From: a virus | UHGV virus genome: UHGV-0209654 | Length of the DNA: 41,774 nucleotides | Strand: one strand, 5' to 3' | Shown: one piece after another, positions 25,430-33,614 of the stretch | Numbering within the stretch: position 1 is the first letter of the stretch | Layout: each line of letters starts with the position of its first letter | Translations under genes and position numbers: made by a program | Notes under the pieces: generated by a model | Databases searched by the model: none | What the model was told of the DNA's origin: nothing | The model's input: only the letters and a program-made list of their open reading frames with translations

Positions 25430-26695
25430 CTATTCGTACCGGATAAACCGGCTGATGTCCCGCTCAAATGTGTACTCAAAAGCATCCAGCGTATCAATAT
25501 CACTGGTACCATCATCCAGTCGCACATCTTCCACAAGACTTTTCTTCTCGTCCCACAACGCCGTTGTCAGGGCATCTTCCAGGCTCTGGCACTGATCTTT
25601 TACATAGAAAAAGCGGTGCTGGCTAAGCATCCGCTGCATAAATCGTATTCTGTCATTGATCGTTGTCTTCAAAGCATTCTCGATCCGGATCCACCCAAGC
25701 CCGGCCTTCCTAACCGCTGTCCTCATACCTGCAATCAGCGTCTGCTCTGCACTATCACAATAGACAACTGTGATAAATCCATACAGGTTGATGATCTTCA
25801 GACAAAAGTCTACAAACAACTTTCCCAGCTTATCCGGATCTATGCTGCCATTTACACTCATGTGGCGCTCACTGGCAAGTGCTGTAATACTTTGATAAGC
25901 TCTGGAATATGCAGTGGCAACAAAGGCATGTCCTGATCCTGAACCACCAAAGTCAACGCCAATATTAATCTGTAAAAGGCTTTTGGGCTTCTCATAAATT
26001 GCATATGGGTTAATGCCTCCACTGGATGTCGCGTCACACATCAGTTTATACACAGAGCCTTCCGCAGCTACCCACAAACCACGGATGTACCGATCATACA
26101 GGACCGTTCCTCTGTATTCCTTGCAAAGTTCATCCACAAATACCCGGCTAAGAAATGGATTATCGAAGATCTCATATTTCTGACAGTAAATGTCCGCATC
26201 AGAGTCTAGGAACTTTTTAAACCAATGCTGCGGAGCATCCGGGTTACAGGCCCCGTCAAAACAGGAATACGGCTTATCCAGACGGGATTTAAGCATGTTA
26301 AAGACATCCGGGTTCCAGTCTACAACCTCATCACCGTAACAATACTTTAATGAAGAGCCTCGGATCTTAGATACCTGGCTGACTTTCTCCGCACCCAGGC
26401 AGTAAACATCTTCCCCAAACATAGGACAGATGTTCTGGGAATTGATATCACCTACCAGCTTGGTTCCCCAGATACGCTGTAATGGTTCAATGATGTTTCG
26501 CTGGATCGTGCCTTTAGAAACGCCCAGGATCGCCACTAGACCCTCTTTTCCTCTCCTGGCACGAATTCTCTTAGGGATTACATAATAGTCCATATAGGTC
26601 TTTCCGGAACGTGTCGCACCAACCTTAACATTCCAACGGTGGTTTGCATTCTGGAAAAACTCCTGCTGTTTATCAGAAAATGGCATACTATACAA
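25430..26695 (-). CDS. Terminase large subunit (421 aa)
   Basis: Walker A GATRSGKT near N-terminus. Nuclease-domain acidic residues. Overlaps terS stop. Confidence 0.85.
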   Translation of the reverse strand: MYSMPFSDKQQEFFQNANHRWNVKVGATRSGKTYMDYYVIPKRIRARRGKEGLVAILGVSKGTIQRNIIEPLQRIWGTKLVGDINSQNICPMFGEDVYCLGAEKVSQVSKIRGSSLKYCYGDEVVDWNPDVFNMLKSRLDKPYSCFDGACNPDAPQHWFKKFLDSDADIYCQKYEIFDNPFLSRVFVDELCKEYRGTVLYDRYIRGLWVAAEGSVYKLMCDATSSGGINPYAIYEKPKSLLQINIGVDFGGSGSGHAFVATAYSRAYQSITALASERHMSVNGSIDPDKLGKLFVDFCLKIINLYGFITVVYCDSAEQTLIAGMRTAVRKAGLGWIRIENALKTTINDRIRFMQRMLSQHRFFYVKDQCQSLEDALTTALWDEKKSLVEDVRLDDGTSDIDTLDAFEYTFERDISRFIRYE

Positions 26696-27395
26696 CCCCT
26701 TTGATCTCGCTAAGAACCTGATCCAGACGGCTCAGCTCCTCTTCGTTGTCGGTCCCCTTAAGTTTATCCGTCTGGGCCTTGATCTGAGCTATGCGGGCTT
26801 TCTGTTCATCACTGGCAAGATCCCAGCGTTTGTGCAATAACTCATCATACTGTTTAACCAGGCTGCGAAGCTCCGACTGTGCCCTAGCCTGGGCCTGTAG
26901 GAATTTTCCCTGCTTGTCCCAGGCATGCTGTACCTCCCAGCGTTCTCCGATTATGTTGCCGTCCTTATGCTCAATCTTTTCGATTGTCTTATCATCCCGG
27001 TCACGCACATACATAATTTGTTGCGCCCGGATAATAGCAGCATAAGCAATCTGGATCTGATCCCAGAGGACATCCAGCGGATCTGTCGGCATCTCCTGGA
27101 TAATAGAAACGGTCTCCTCAGGCAAATACTTGCTGAAGAAACCGAATTTTTCTGCTTTCTTATTTCCCGGAGGTCCGCCAGAACTATTATGGTTTCCTGG
27201 CTGAGCGCCCCGTTTACGTTTTTGTGAACGCTCGTTTTTCTTATCCGAACGTTCGTTATCCCATTTATGCGTACACTTCCAACGACGGACCGTCCCTTCC
27301 GGCAGATTTAGTTGACTTGCAATCTCAACCAATTTCTCCCCTTCCAGATACATGGCCTTCGCCTGTTCTATTCTTGGATCCGGCGCTCTGGCCAT
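26688..27395 (-). CDS. Terminase small subunit (235 aa) with N-terminal HTH
   Basis: Directly upstream of terL with overlap. HTH-like LVEIASQLNLPEGTVRRW. Confidence 0.65.
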   Translation of the reverse strand: MARAPDPRIEQAKAMYLEGEKLVEIASQLNLPEGTVRRWKCTHKWDNERSDKKNERSQKRKRGAQPGNHNSSGGPPGNKKAEKFGFFSKYLPEETVSIIQEMPTDPLDVLWDQIQIAYAAIIRAQQIMYVRDRDDKTIEKIEHKDGNIIGERWEVQHAWDKQGKFLQAQARAQSELRSLVKQYDELLHKRWDLASDEQKARIAQIKAQTDKLKGTDNEEELSRLDQVLSEIKGVV

Positions 27396-27451
27396 GTCCG
27401 ATCACCTCTCTTTCGTCGGTTTTGGGTATAGAAAAGGGATGAACATATCTT

Positions 27452-27913
27452 CTATGTATTTCCCATATGCGCTTCATCAATAACAGAATACAATTCTGAT
27501 ATCATTTTGTGAATTTCTAAAAACACCCCAGCTTGTTCTTCTGGTTCCAAATTTCTATTTCCACAATTCATTATATAATCTTCTATTTTTTGAGTTATCT
27601 CTTTTAACTTATTATAAAATGACTTATTGGAGTACTTAAAATAAAGAGCGTCTCTCCTCATATCAGTTAACACATTAACCAGTTCATTTGTATCAACTAA
27701 TCGATCATTCTGAAATCGGATATATTTTCTAGCTGCTGGTATCTTTTCAATAAGGTACGCATCAAAAATTTTATTATAATAGTTAGATTTTAATGTTATC
27801 TCGCTTATTCTTTTAGCCTGATTATAGTTTAATCTAAAAATAACAACTGTAACAAGCATAGAAATAACGGCAATTACTGCTGATGCTAATGTGATTTTTT
27901 CCTGTATAGTCAA
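27452..27913 (-). CDS. Single-pass membrane protein (153 aa); cargo module 2, putative effector; TTG start
   Basis: N-terminal TM ITLASAVIAVISMLVTVVIF. GGAGG RBS 9 nt before TTG. AT-rich island. Confidence 0.5.
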   Translation of the reverse strand: MTIQEKITLASAVIAVISMLVTVVIFRLNYNQAKRISEITLKSNYYNKIFDAYLIEKIPAARKYIRFQNDRLVDTNELVNVLTDMRRDALYFKYSNKSFYNKLKEITQKIEDYIMNCGNRNLEPEEQAGVFLEIHKMISELYSVIDEAHMGNT

Positions 27914-27929
27914 TTATTTTTTCCTCCAT

Positions 27930-28214
27930 CTATTCTAATTTTTTTAATATACTTTGTGATAATGCACTATTTGCCGTTTTTACCTTAGCGTGTTTTTCAG
28001 TTTGTAATAATCCAATTTGACCTACGATTTCAGAAAAAAAGCCTTGCACAAACGAAGAAGCTATTCCAATTATATGGTCCGGAAAAATTATCTCAAAATC
28101 TCTTGATAAATCTAGTCTTCCTTTTACTTGCTTATCATAAATTTCAATTCCAAATTCATACCCTGCTAAATTAGAAATATCCATTTTTAAGTTTAATATG
28201 ACTTTATTTTCCAT
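27930..28214 (-). CDS. STAS-like small protein (DUF4325-like, 94 aa); cargo module 2, component B
   Basis: EIIFPDHIIGIASSFVQGFFSEI parallels ICVDFSGISRFASPFFNNSF of the 1737-2090 protein. RBS AAGAAGGGAA. Confidence 0.45.
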   Translation of the reverse strand: MENKVILNLKMDISNLAGYEFGIEIYDKQVKGRLDLSRDFEIIFPDHIIGIASSFVQGFFSEIVGQIGLLQTEKHAKVKTANSALSQSILKKLE

Positions 28215-28219
28215 AGTCT

Positions 28220-29353
28220 TTATTCCCTTCTTAATGCAAAATTTAAGTTATATGCTGTTCCAGGCAATTTCGTGGAAATTGTTTGAAAAATATTAAAATC
28301 AGGAACATTTTCTATAAAATTATGGCTTTCATTAAATCCTATCCATTTGTCATTATCATATTTCATATACTCTGGTTTAAAAAGCATTACTCTATTTCCT
28401 GTTAAAATATAGCACCAATGACCATCTGATTTTTCTTCAAGTGACTTAATAAGTGAAGTCAGTCCCGTTCCACCTGTATGTTTCTTTTTTATACTCCCGG
28501 AAATTTTATGCTGAAAAGATGCAATAGTAAAAAAATCATTTTCTGAATAATCCTTACCAAAATATTTTGAATGATTTTCTTTTGCTATTAATAAGCTTTT
28601 ATAACGCTCAGATAACTGATTTTGCAATAAAACTTTATTTTTTAAGGATTCATAAAAAAGTTTATCTGAAAAATTAACTATACAAGCATTTAAACCAAAA
28701 CAGCTATTTTTAGTTTCTGTATTTAGATATTGCTTGGTAATATCTAAATCCACCAAACATTCCGACTCAGCATGTTCATTAGCATTACCGATTAACTCTA
28801 CCATTACTTCTGCTAATTCTTCACATGCAGACCTTTCAATTTCATTATTTTGTAAGAAGCATCGAATATCTGTCATCAATATAGATAGATACTCTTTTTT
28901 CTTAGATGGTTTTATAATTTTTCTATAATGATTTTGATTTATATCAAATGCAAATCTTTGTTTATAACGTTCTATTTTTTCTTCATTACCATCTAGTAAT
29001 ATCAGTGGCGAAAATCGTATTCCTTCTGACCATATCGTATGTTCCGCTGTAAAAAAAATTGCAATTTGTTGTTTACGTTCGGATAATAAATAATTACAAA
29101 TACACTCAAGTAAAACATACACTAGTTTATCATGAAAATAAAATCGTCCTAGATAGATCTCGATTGGAATTTTAATATTTGGATACTTATCTATTACATA
29201 ATCAATAAAATAAATAATTTGTTTTAGTTCATTTCCTGTAAATACTTCTGAACTAATTCTAAAAATAGCTTTGCCATTTTTAAAGCATATTTTATGTTTA
29301 TTGAAATTATGTGAATTTTTATTATTATCAATTAATAATCTTTGATTAAGCAT
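28220..29353 (-). CDS. GHKL/HATPase_c-like ATPase (377 aa from ATG at 29353); cargo module 2, component A
   Basis: N-box ELIGNANEHAES and G2-type box KKHTGGTGLTSL. ORF-track start 29458 would run into the tRNA. ATG 29353 has RBS AAGGGGA. Confidence 0.5.
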   Translation of the reverse strand: MLNQRLLIDNNKNSHNFNKHKICFKNGKAIFRISSEVFTGNELKQIIYFIDYVIDKYPNIKIPIEIYLGRFYFHDKLVYVLLECICNYLLSERKQQIAIFFTAEHTIWSEGIRFSPLILLDGNEEKIERYKQRFAFDINQNHYRKIIKPSKKKEYLSILMTDIRCFLQNNEIERSACEELAEVMVELIGNANEHAESECLVDLDITKQYLNTETKNSCFGLNACIVNFSDKLFYESLKNKVLLQNQLSERYKSLLIAKENHSKYFGKDYSENDFFTIASFQHKISGSIKKKHTGGTGLTSLIKSLEEKSDGHWCYILTGNRVMLFKPEYMKYDNDKWIGFNESHNFIENVPDFNIFQTISTKLPGTAYNLNFALRRE

Positions 29354-29400
29354 AATATCCCCTTTTTTCTTTTCATCATACTCCAAAATACGACAAAAGA

Positions 29401-29426
29401 AAAGCACCCATCTCACGACAGGTGCT
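29401..29426 (-). terminator. Hairpin AAGCACC...GGTGCTT with U-tract on - strand between tRNA and cargo island
   Basis: 7-bp stem, 12-nt loop, TTCTTTTG after the stem on the - strand reading. Confidence 0.35.
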
Positions 29427-29464
29427 TCCAAAAAAGGGGAAGTACAAAATAACAACAAAAATCA

Positions 29465-29536
29465 TTGGAACGGAAGGAATTGAACCCTCGACACGCTGGA
29501 TATAAGCCAGCTGCTCTACCACTGAGCTACGTTCCA
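29465..29536 (-). tRNA. tRNA with anticodon UAU (reads AUA; Ile-type), 72 nt, no encoded CCA
   Basis: Hand-folded cloverleaf: acceptor TGGAACG/CGTTCCA, D-arm GCTC-AGTGGTA-GAGC, anticodon stem GCTGG/CCAGC with loop CTTATAT, T-arm GAGGG-TTCAATT-CCTTC. Confidence 0.6.
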
Positions 29537-29656
29537 CGGGGGAGGCAACAAGCTTTCGCCTGCTGCCTAGTGGGGTTTGACGTAAGCCGTTGGCTGTATG
29601 CCTTTGGCTCCTAGAATACATATTACCATTAAAAATCCGGACATTGTGGGACATTT

Positions 29657-30118
29657 TTAAACTTTTTCAAAAAATCTCTGGATCCTTTTTCTTACATTCT
29701 CATCTGTATACTTGATCTTCCGCCCTGGGAATGTACTGTTCATGCTTCTGGCTATTGCCACATAGGATAAACCGTCAATGCAGAACATCCTCATCATGAT
29801 CCGAAGCTCTGCCTTCGGAATACTGTCTATGTATTCTTCTGCCTGTGAGGTAAGTTCCAGTAACTCGGCTTCTTTCAATTCCAGGATCTTTTTATATCGT
29901 TCCCTTGCAGACTGTTTTCTCCAATACACCGGATCCGGAATACCAGTTACCTTAATCGGACCAATCGTTAAGTCCTTTCTACTCCCCCTGACCGTATCAG
30001 CCACGATCGGTGGATGCTCCAGGAACTTATCCAGCCTCTTAATTCTCTCCCGTAAATCTTTTATCTCCTCTTTCATCTCGCAATACTGGACCAGTATTTC
30101 TTTGTCCAACGGTATCAC
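29657..30118 (-). CDS. Putative late-gene transcriptional activator (ArpU/RinA-like, sigma-70 region-4-type HTH), 153 aa
   Basis: C-terminal HTH-like RIMMRMFCIDGLSYVAIARSMN. Location upstream of terS is typical for Firmicutes phage late activators. Confidence 0.5.
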   Translation of the reverse strand: MIPLDKEILVQYCEMKEEIKDLRERIKRLDKFLEHPPIVADTVRGSRKDLTIGPIKVTGIPDPVYWRKQSARERYKKILELKEAELLELTSQAEEYIDSIPKAELRIMMRMFCIDGLSYVAIARSMNSTFPGRKIKYTDENVRKRIQRFFEKV

Positions 30119-30492
30119 CTCATTCCTGCTCTTGGTTTGTATGTACGTTCTCCCAGAAGATATTCCTCTTCCCTCCTCTGCTGTCCTAGAAGCTGCCTCA
30201 GACGGTTTAAGGTATCCCTGTTCTTCTGATCCTCGAAAAACTTCACCAGCTTCTCATTCATCTTTGCCATATCTTTATTGATCCGTCTGGTTCTCCGACT
30301 CTGCTGAAGCCTTGTTGCAGCCCGGTTCCTTTCGTTCCGGTCCTTGGCAAATTCCATTTCATGAAGGAAGTCCTGGAGACGTTTGTCCTCTTCAACAACT
30401 TTATCGCAAGCATACCTGTATTCTAACGTACATTCATCGTAGTAGCTTAGAAACTCTTCCAAGGCCTGCGCTGGTGTCTTTCTCTTACTCAT
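30115..30492 (-). CDS. Hypothetical phage protein (125 aa), basic
   Basis: RBS AAGGAGAG. Start overlaps the next gene. Confidence 0.5.
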   Translation of the reverse strand: MSKRKTPAQALEEFLSYYDECTLEYRYACDKVVEEDKRLQDFLHEMEFAKDRNERNRAATRLQQSRRTRRINKDMAKMNEKLVKFFEDQKNRDTLNRLRQLLGQQRREEEYLLGERTYKPRAGMR

Positions 30493-30596
30493 CTGGTACT
30501 CTCCTTAACTCTGGATCCACGCAGAGGCTTGTCCCCGCATAAGCTGGCATCCTGGCTGACCGGGTTGTAGGCTTCGGTCCATTGATTATATCCTTA

Positions 30597-30743
30597 TCAG
30601 CTGCGGCTATAGTACTGCGCCTTTGCAACTGGTTTGCTTTCCTCTGGGCATCTGACTTTACTAATCCCATTCTTTGCATCCTCTCCCTTCTTGCGCATGG
30701 TGGCTATTACATACTCCACGTTGGGATTTGCTCGTTTCCACAT
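30597..30743 (-). CDS. Small basic protein (48 aa, not in ORF track), low confidence
   Basis: RBS GAGGG 8 nt upstream. Preferred over the overlapping 30485-30679 ORF, which lacks a properly spaced RBS. Confidence 0.25.
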   Translation of the reverse strand: MWKRANPNVEYVIATMRKKGEDAKNGISKVRCPEESKPVAKAQYYSRS

Positions 30744-30753
30744 AGCTTACCCT

Positions 30754-30927
30754 CTAATCCGGATCATCTGATCCATCATCATTCTCATACGTTTCAAAAT
30801 TCTCCACCAACATCTTCACGAATTTCTCATAGGATTCCGCTTCTTCAGGAGTCAATTCTTTATTGGCAACCCTTGGTGGTTCAAGCATGATGATTCCATA
30901 TTTCTCACGAATTTCTTCTCTTGTCAT
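30754..30927 (-). CDS. Small acidic protein (57 aa, not in ORF track)
   Basis: MTREEIREKYGIIMLEPPRVANKELTPEEAESYEKFVKMLVENFETYENDDGSDDPD. Strong RBS GGAGGTAAAAC. Confidence 0.4.
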   Translation of the reverse strand: MTREEIREKYGIIMLEPPRVANKELTPEEAESYEKFVKMLVENFETYENDDGSDDPD

Positions 30928-30940
30928 GTTTTACCTCCAT

Positions 30941-31017
30941 AAAATCTTAATTGAATTTTCTCACTCTAACTCAACTCGCAATTGAATTAAATCGAGTTAA
31001 ATTGAATTAAAAATCTC
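30941..31017. repeat. AT-rich iteron-like cluster (3x approx TTAATTCAATT on - strand) left of the 31075-31549 gene pair
   Basis: AATTGAATTAAAT / AAATTGAATTAAAAA / CTTAATTGAATT read directly. Confidence 0.6.
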
Positions 31018-31074
31018 TTTAACATAAGCTTCTGGAAAAATCTTTTATTAAAATTTTTTCATCAAAATCTTAAT

Positions 31075-31278
31075 TTACCGATGATACCAAATCATCTTGC
31101 CATCAGCCATTTTCAGTTCTACCTTATCAGGATAGTTGCCACTATCTTTGCAAGCATGGAACCTCATATCATGAATTTCCAATGCAACCTTATGGCTATC
31201 CTCACACTTCTTGCACTCGCTTTTGCCCTTATATTTTGTTCCGCAATGCTCACAAACATATAACTGTAAACTCTTCAT
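31075..31278 (-). CDS. Zinc-ribbon small protein (67 aa from internal ATG)
   Basis: CEHCG...CKKC Cys4. RBS AAAGGAAAAG before ATG at 31278. Confidence 0.5.
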   Translation of the reverse strand: MKSLQLYVCEHCGTKYKGKSECKKCEDSHKVALEIHDMRFHACKDSGNYPDKVELKMADGKMIWYHR

Positions 31279-31309
31279 TTCTCGCTTTTCCTTTCTTCTA
31301 ACTCTCAAA

Positions 31310-31549
31310 TTACCAATCAAACTTTGCCATATTCATAAAATCAAGTGACATGGCCCCACCAAAGAGATCATAAGCACCGTCGATAATTTCTGAATCTACT
31401 CCATCCGCTTCCAGCTGATCTTCAAACATTGCATCATTACAGATAGATCCATACGGTGTTCTCGAATGTTTCCTGATATATTTCTTTCCATTGCGTAATT
31501 CCAAAATCTCCGTACAACTGTTTTCTGTAGCCTCGATTGTATATCTCAT
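31310..31549 (-). CDS. Hypothetical phage protein (79 aa)
   Basis: ORF. Start overlaps downstream gene. Confidence 0.45.
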   Translation of the reverse strand: MRYTIEATENSCTEILELRNGKKYIRKHSRTPYGSICNDAMFEDQLEADGVDSEIIDGAYDLFGGAMSLDFMNMAKFDW

Positions 31550-31632
31550 GTATTCTTCCTCCTAAAATTTTAATTTGTATCTTGTGACTATCTCTTGAAA
31601 TGTACCAGAAAATCGCGAGATAAAACCTGTAA

Positions 31633-31722
31633 CTCAATTTAATTTAAGTTAACTCAAATTAAATTGAGTTAACTTTTAATTGCTACGGACATTATTGTCC
31701 TTGCCAAAAATCTTAATTCACC
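31633..31722. repeat. AT-rich inverted-repeat cluster right of the gene pair (GTTAACTCAA-ATTAAA-TTGAGTTAAC hairpin; AAAATCTTAATT motif)
   Basis: 10-bp perfect hairpin. AAAATCTTAATT also at 30944 and 31066. Confidence 0.6.
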
Positions 31723-31867
31723 GCCATATAAATAAACGGTAAAAACAGAAACCACATAATATCGTCCACTGTTCTATGCTGAACCTCCCCATATAGCAAC
31801 AATTCTAATCCCATCCAAATCAAAGCAAGCATTATCCATACATATAATGTTTTTACAATCTTATCCA

Positions 31868-33598
31868 TTAACTTTCCCCTTTCTGTATCTCTTTCAACTT
31901 TTCAATTAACGTAGTCCTGTTCGCCCGGCAATCTCTAAAGAATTTTCCAGGTTCCAGAAGATACTCCTCATTTGCTCCATACCCTTCCTTGTACCTCATG
32001 GCAACATCGGCTTTCCAGTCATAGAGCATGGAGTGATATGTCTTGATAACAAAGCTTGTTCCATCTGGAAGATCATACCGGTAATACCGTTCACCTGTCT
32101 CCTGGTTATCGATCCAGAGTGGCCAGGTCTCATACGCATCAATAAAAGCAGCTCTCTGGTCATTGTTTTTAAGCTGTGGAAGTTCTGGCTGCTTCGGTCT
32201 ATCCTTTTTCTCTTCCAAATCTTCCAGTTCACACAGCATGGAAGCCAAAGCACCTACTTCCAGTTTTTGCCTTCTTATATGCTCATCTGATTTATCAATA
32301 CCAGGAGCTTCCAGGCATTTAGCAAGAAGCTGCTTCTTTCTCTCTAGCAGTTCTCTCAGGAGTTCTATGTCTGTACGTTCTTTCGCTTCATTTGTGGAAG
32401 CTTCTGTATCCGTTTGCGACGTCGCAATTTCCTCCTCTATTCCTGTCACATACAGCCAACCACATCTACAATTGCAGTCTTCCTTACATTCAGCACAGCA
32501 TTTCACTCCATTAGCACCGCAGCAGTTGCAGTTTCCATACTTGCTTTTCCCGGTTATGCACGTCTTGGGCCAACGTTGCTTTTCGGCAACATCTGCAGAT
32601 TCTTCCTGCTGCTCGTTGATAATATCTGCTTTCTCATCAAATTCAGATGACCATGGATCATACATATACAACAGCTCACTGGCAAGCCGACCATATTTAA
32701 GGTGGATTTTTTCATTTCTCACCCGCCAGTCCATTCCACCTGCAAAAGATCGAAAATCAAAACTATATTCCGAATAACCAACGCAATGGTATCCGTACGG
32801 TGCCAGCTCCTCCTGGATCTGTTTTGCTTTCTCCCCAGTGTTCTGCCCAGTACGCATAGCTCTCATTGCCCGTTTAAAATCACCAAGCTGATATTCCTTC
32901 CAGACTTTGATAAACTCTCGGATCGTCATACTGTCCTGAGGTTGCGATGTCGCAATCTCCGCATCTTTCTCTTCCATCAGCTCTGCAACCGGTATTTCCT
33001 GGCTAATAGGCTTACTTGCCACCGGCTGGACCATATTTTCATCCTCTTCCACATCAAACAGCTCCGCTGTTGATGCTTCAAAGCTTTCCGTCCTCTCTTC
33101 CGGCATAACACCAGGGATATCTTTTAGCTCTGTCTGCCCAGGTATTTCTATGTAAGGTATTTCCTTCGGTCTTGTCATGTTCCGGATCTCCCGGACCGTC
33201 ATATCCGGTGTTACCTGCTCCAGCTGCTCATCACTCATGCCAAGCATCTCCTGCAGCTGGCTCTTGCTGAAGTCCTTAAACCTATCATCTATGAGCGGAC
33301 TGTTCCCGCCCCTGGAAAACCTTGTGTTCCTGGTAATGTATCTGGATGTGGCAGAGGCACTGAGACCAAACCTGTCCATGGCATACTCATTGATGTTCTT
33401 ATATCCTGCTTCCAGATACAGTTCATTGTCCCTGATGTGTTTCAGGTAAAACCCTGTAGCGATCACACTGCGTACGGCTGACTGCAGGTTGGACCGGATA
33501 AATACCTCTGCATCTTCCAGGGATACATCCCGGTACCACTCCGCGCCTGTATGTTTTATCACTTCCGGAGTTTCCAGAACTGCTGTATTCTCTTCCAT
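31868..33598 (-). CDS. Large early protein (576 aa) with internal Cys-rich segment and duplicated EIATSQ motif; function unknown
   Basis: Start at ATG 33598 with RBS GGGGGGAAAGGAAA (upstream extension in the ORF track lacks an RBS). 11 Cys in approx 35 aa (CNCCGANGVKCCAECKEDCNCRCG). Contains palindrome copies D and E. Confidence 0.6.
   Translation of the reverse strand: MEENTAVLETPEVIKHTGAEWYRDVSLEDAEVFIRSNLQSAVRSVIATGFYLKHIRDNELYLEAGYKNINEYAMDRFGLSASATSRYITRNTRFSRGGNSPLIDDRFKDFSKSQLQEMLGMSDEQLEQVTPDMTVREIRNMTRPKEIPYIEIPGQTELKDIPGVMPEERTESFEASTAELFDVEEDENMVQPVASKPISQEIPVAELMEEKDAEIATSQPQDSMTIREFIKVWKEYQLGDFKRAMRAMRTGQNTGEKAKQIQEELAPYGYHCVGYSEYSFDFRSFAGGMDWRVRNEKIHLKYGRLASELLYMYDPWSSEFDEKADIINEQQEESADVAEKQRWPKTCITGKSKYGNCNCCGANGVKCCAECKEDCNCRCGWLYVTGIEEEIATSQTDTEASTNEAKERTDIELLRELLERKKQLLAKCLEAPGIDKSDEHIRRQKLEVGALASMLCELEDLEEKKDRPKQPELPQLKNNDQRAAFIDAYETWPLWIDNQETGERYYRYDLPDGTSFVIKTYHSMLYDWKADVAMRYKEGYGANEEYLLEPGKFFRDCRANRTTLIEKLKEIQKGES
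32414..32427. repeat. Palindrome copy D (TTGCGACGTCGCAA, perfect), inside CDS, encodes IATSQ
   Basis: Read directly. Confidence 0.9.
32942..32955. repeat. Palindrome copy E (TTGCGATGTCGCAA, 1 mismatch), inside CDS, encodes IATSQ
   Basis: Read directly. 528 bp (176 codons) from copy D, in frame. Confidence 0.9.
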
Positions 33599-33614
33599 TT
33601 TCCTTTCCCCCCTT

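Noticed and set aside
29354-29458. N-terminal extension of the second GHKL gene (ORF-track start 29458)
   Set aside because: The extension would begin 7 nt from the tRNA 3' end and cross a terminator hairpin. An internal ATG at 29353 has a good RBS.
29376-29654. 92-aa ORF on - strand spanning the tRNA
   Set aside because: It reads straight through a well-formed tRNA cloverleaf. tRNA call preferred.
30485-30679. 64-aa ORF from the track
   Set aside because: SD-like sequence abuts the ATG with no spacer. An alternative 48-aa ORF in another frame (30597-30743) has a properly spaced RBS, though it too is low confidence.
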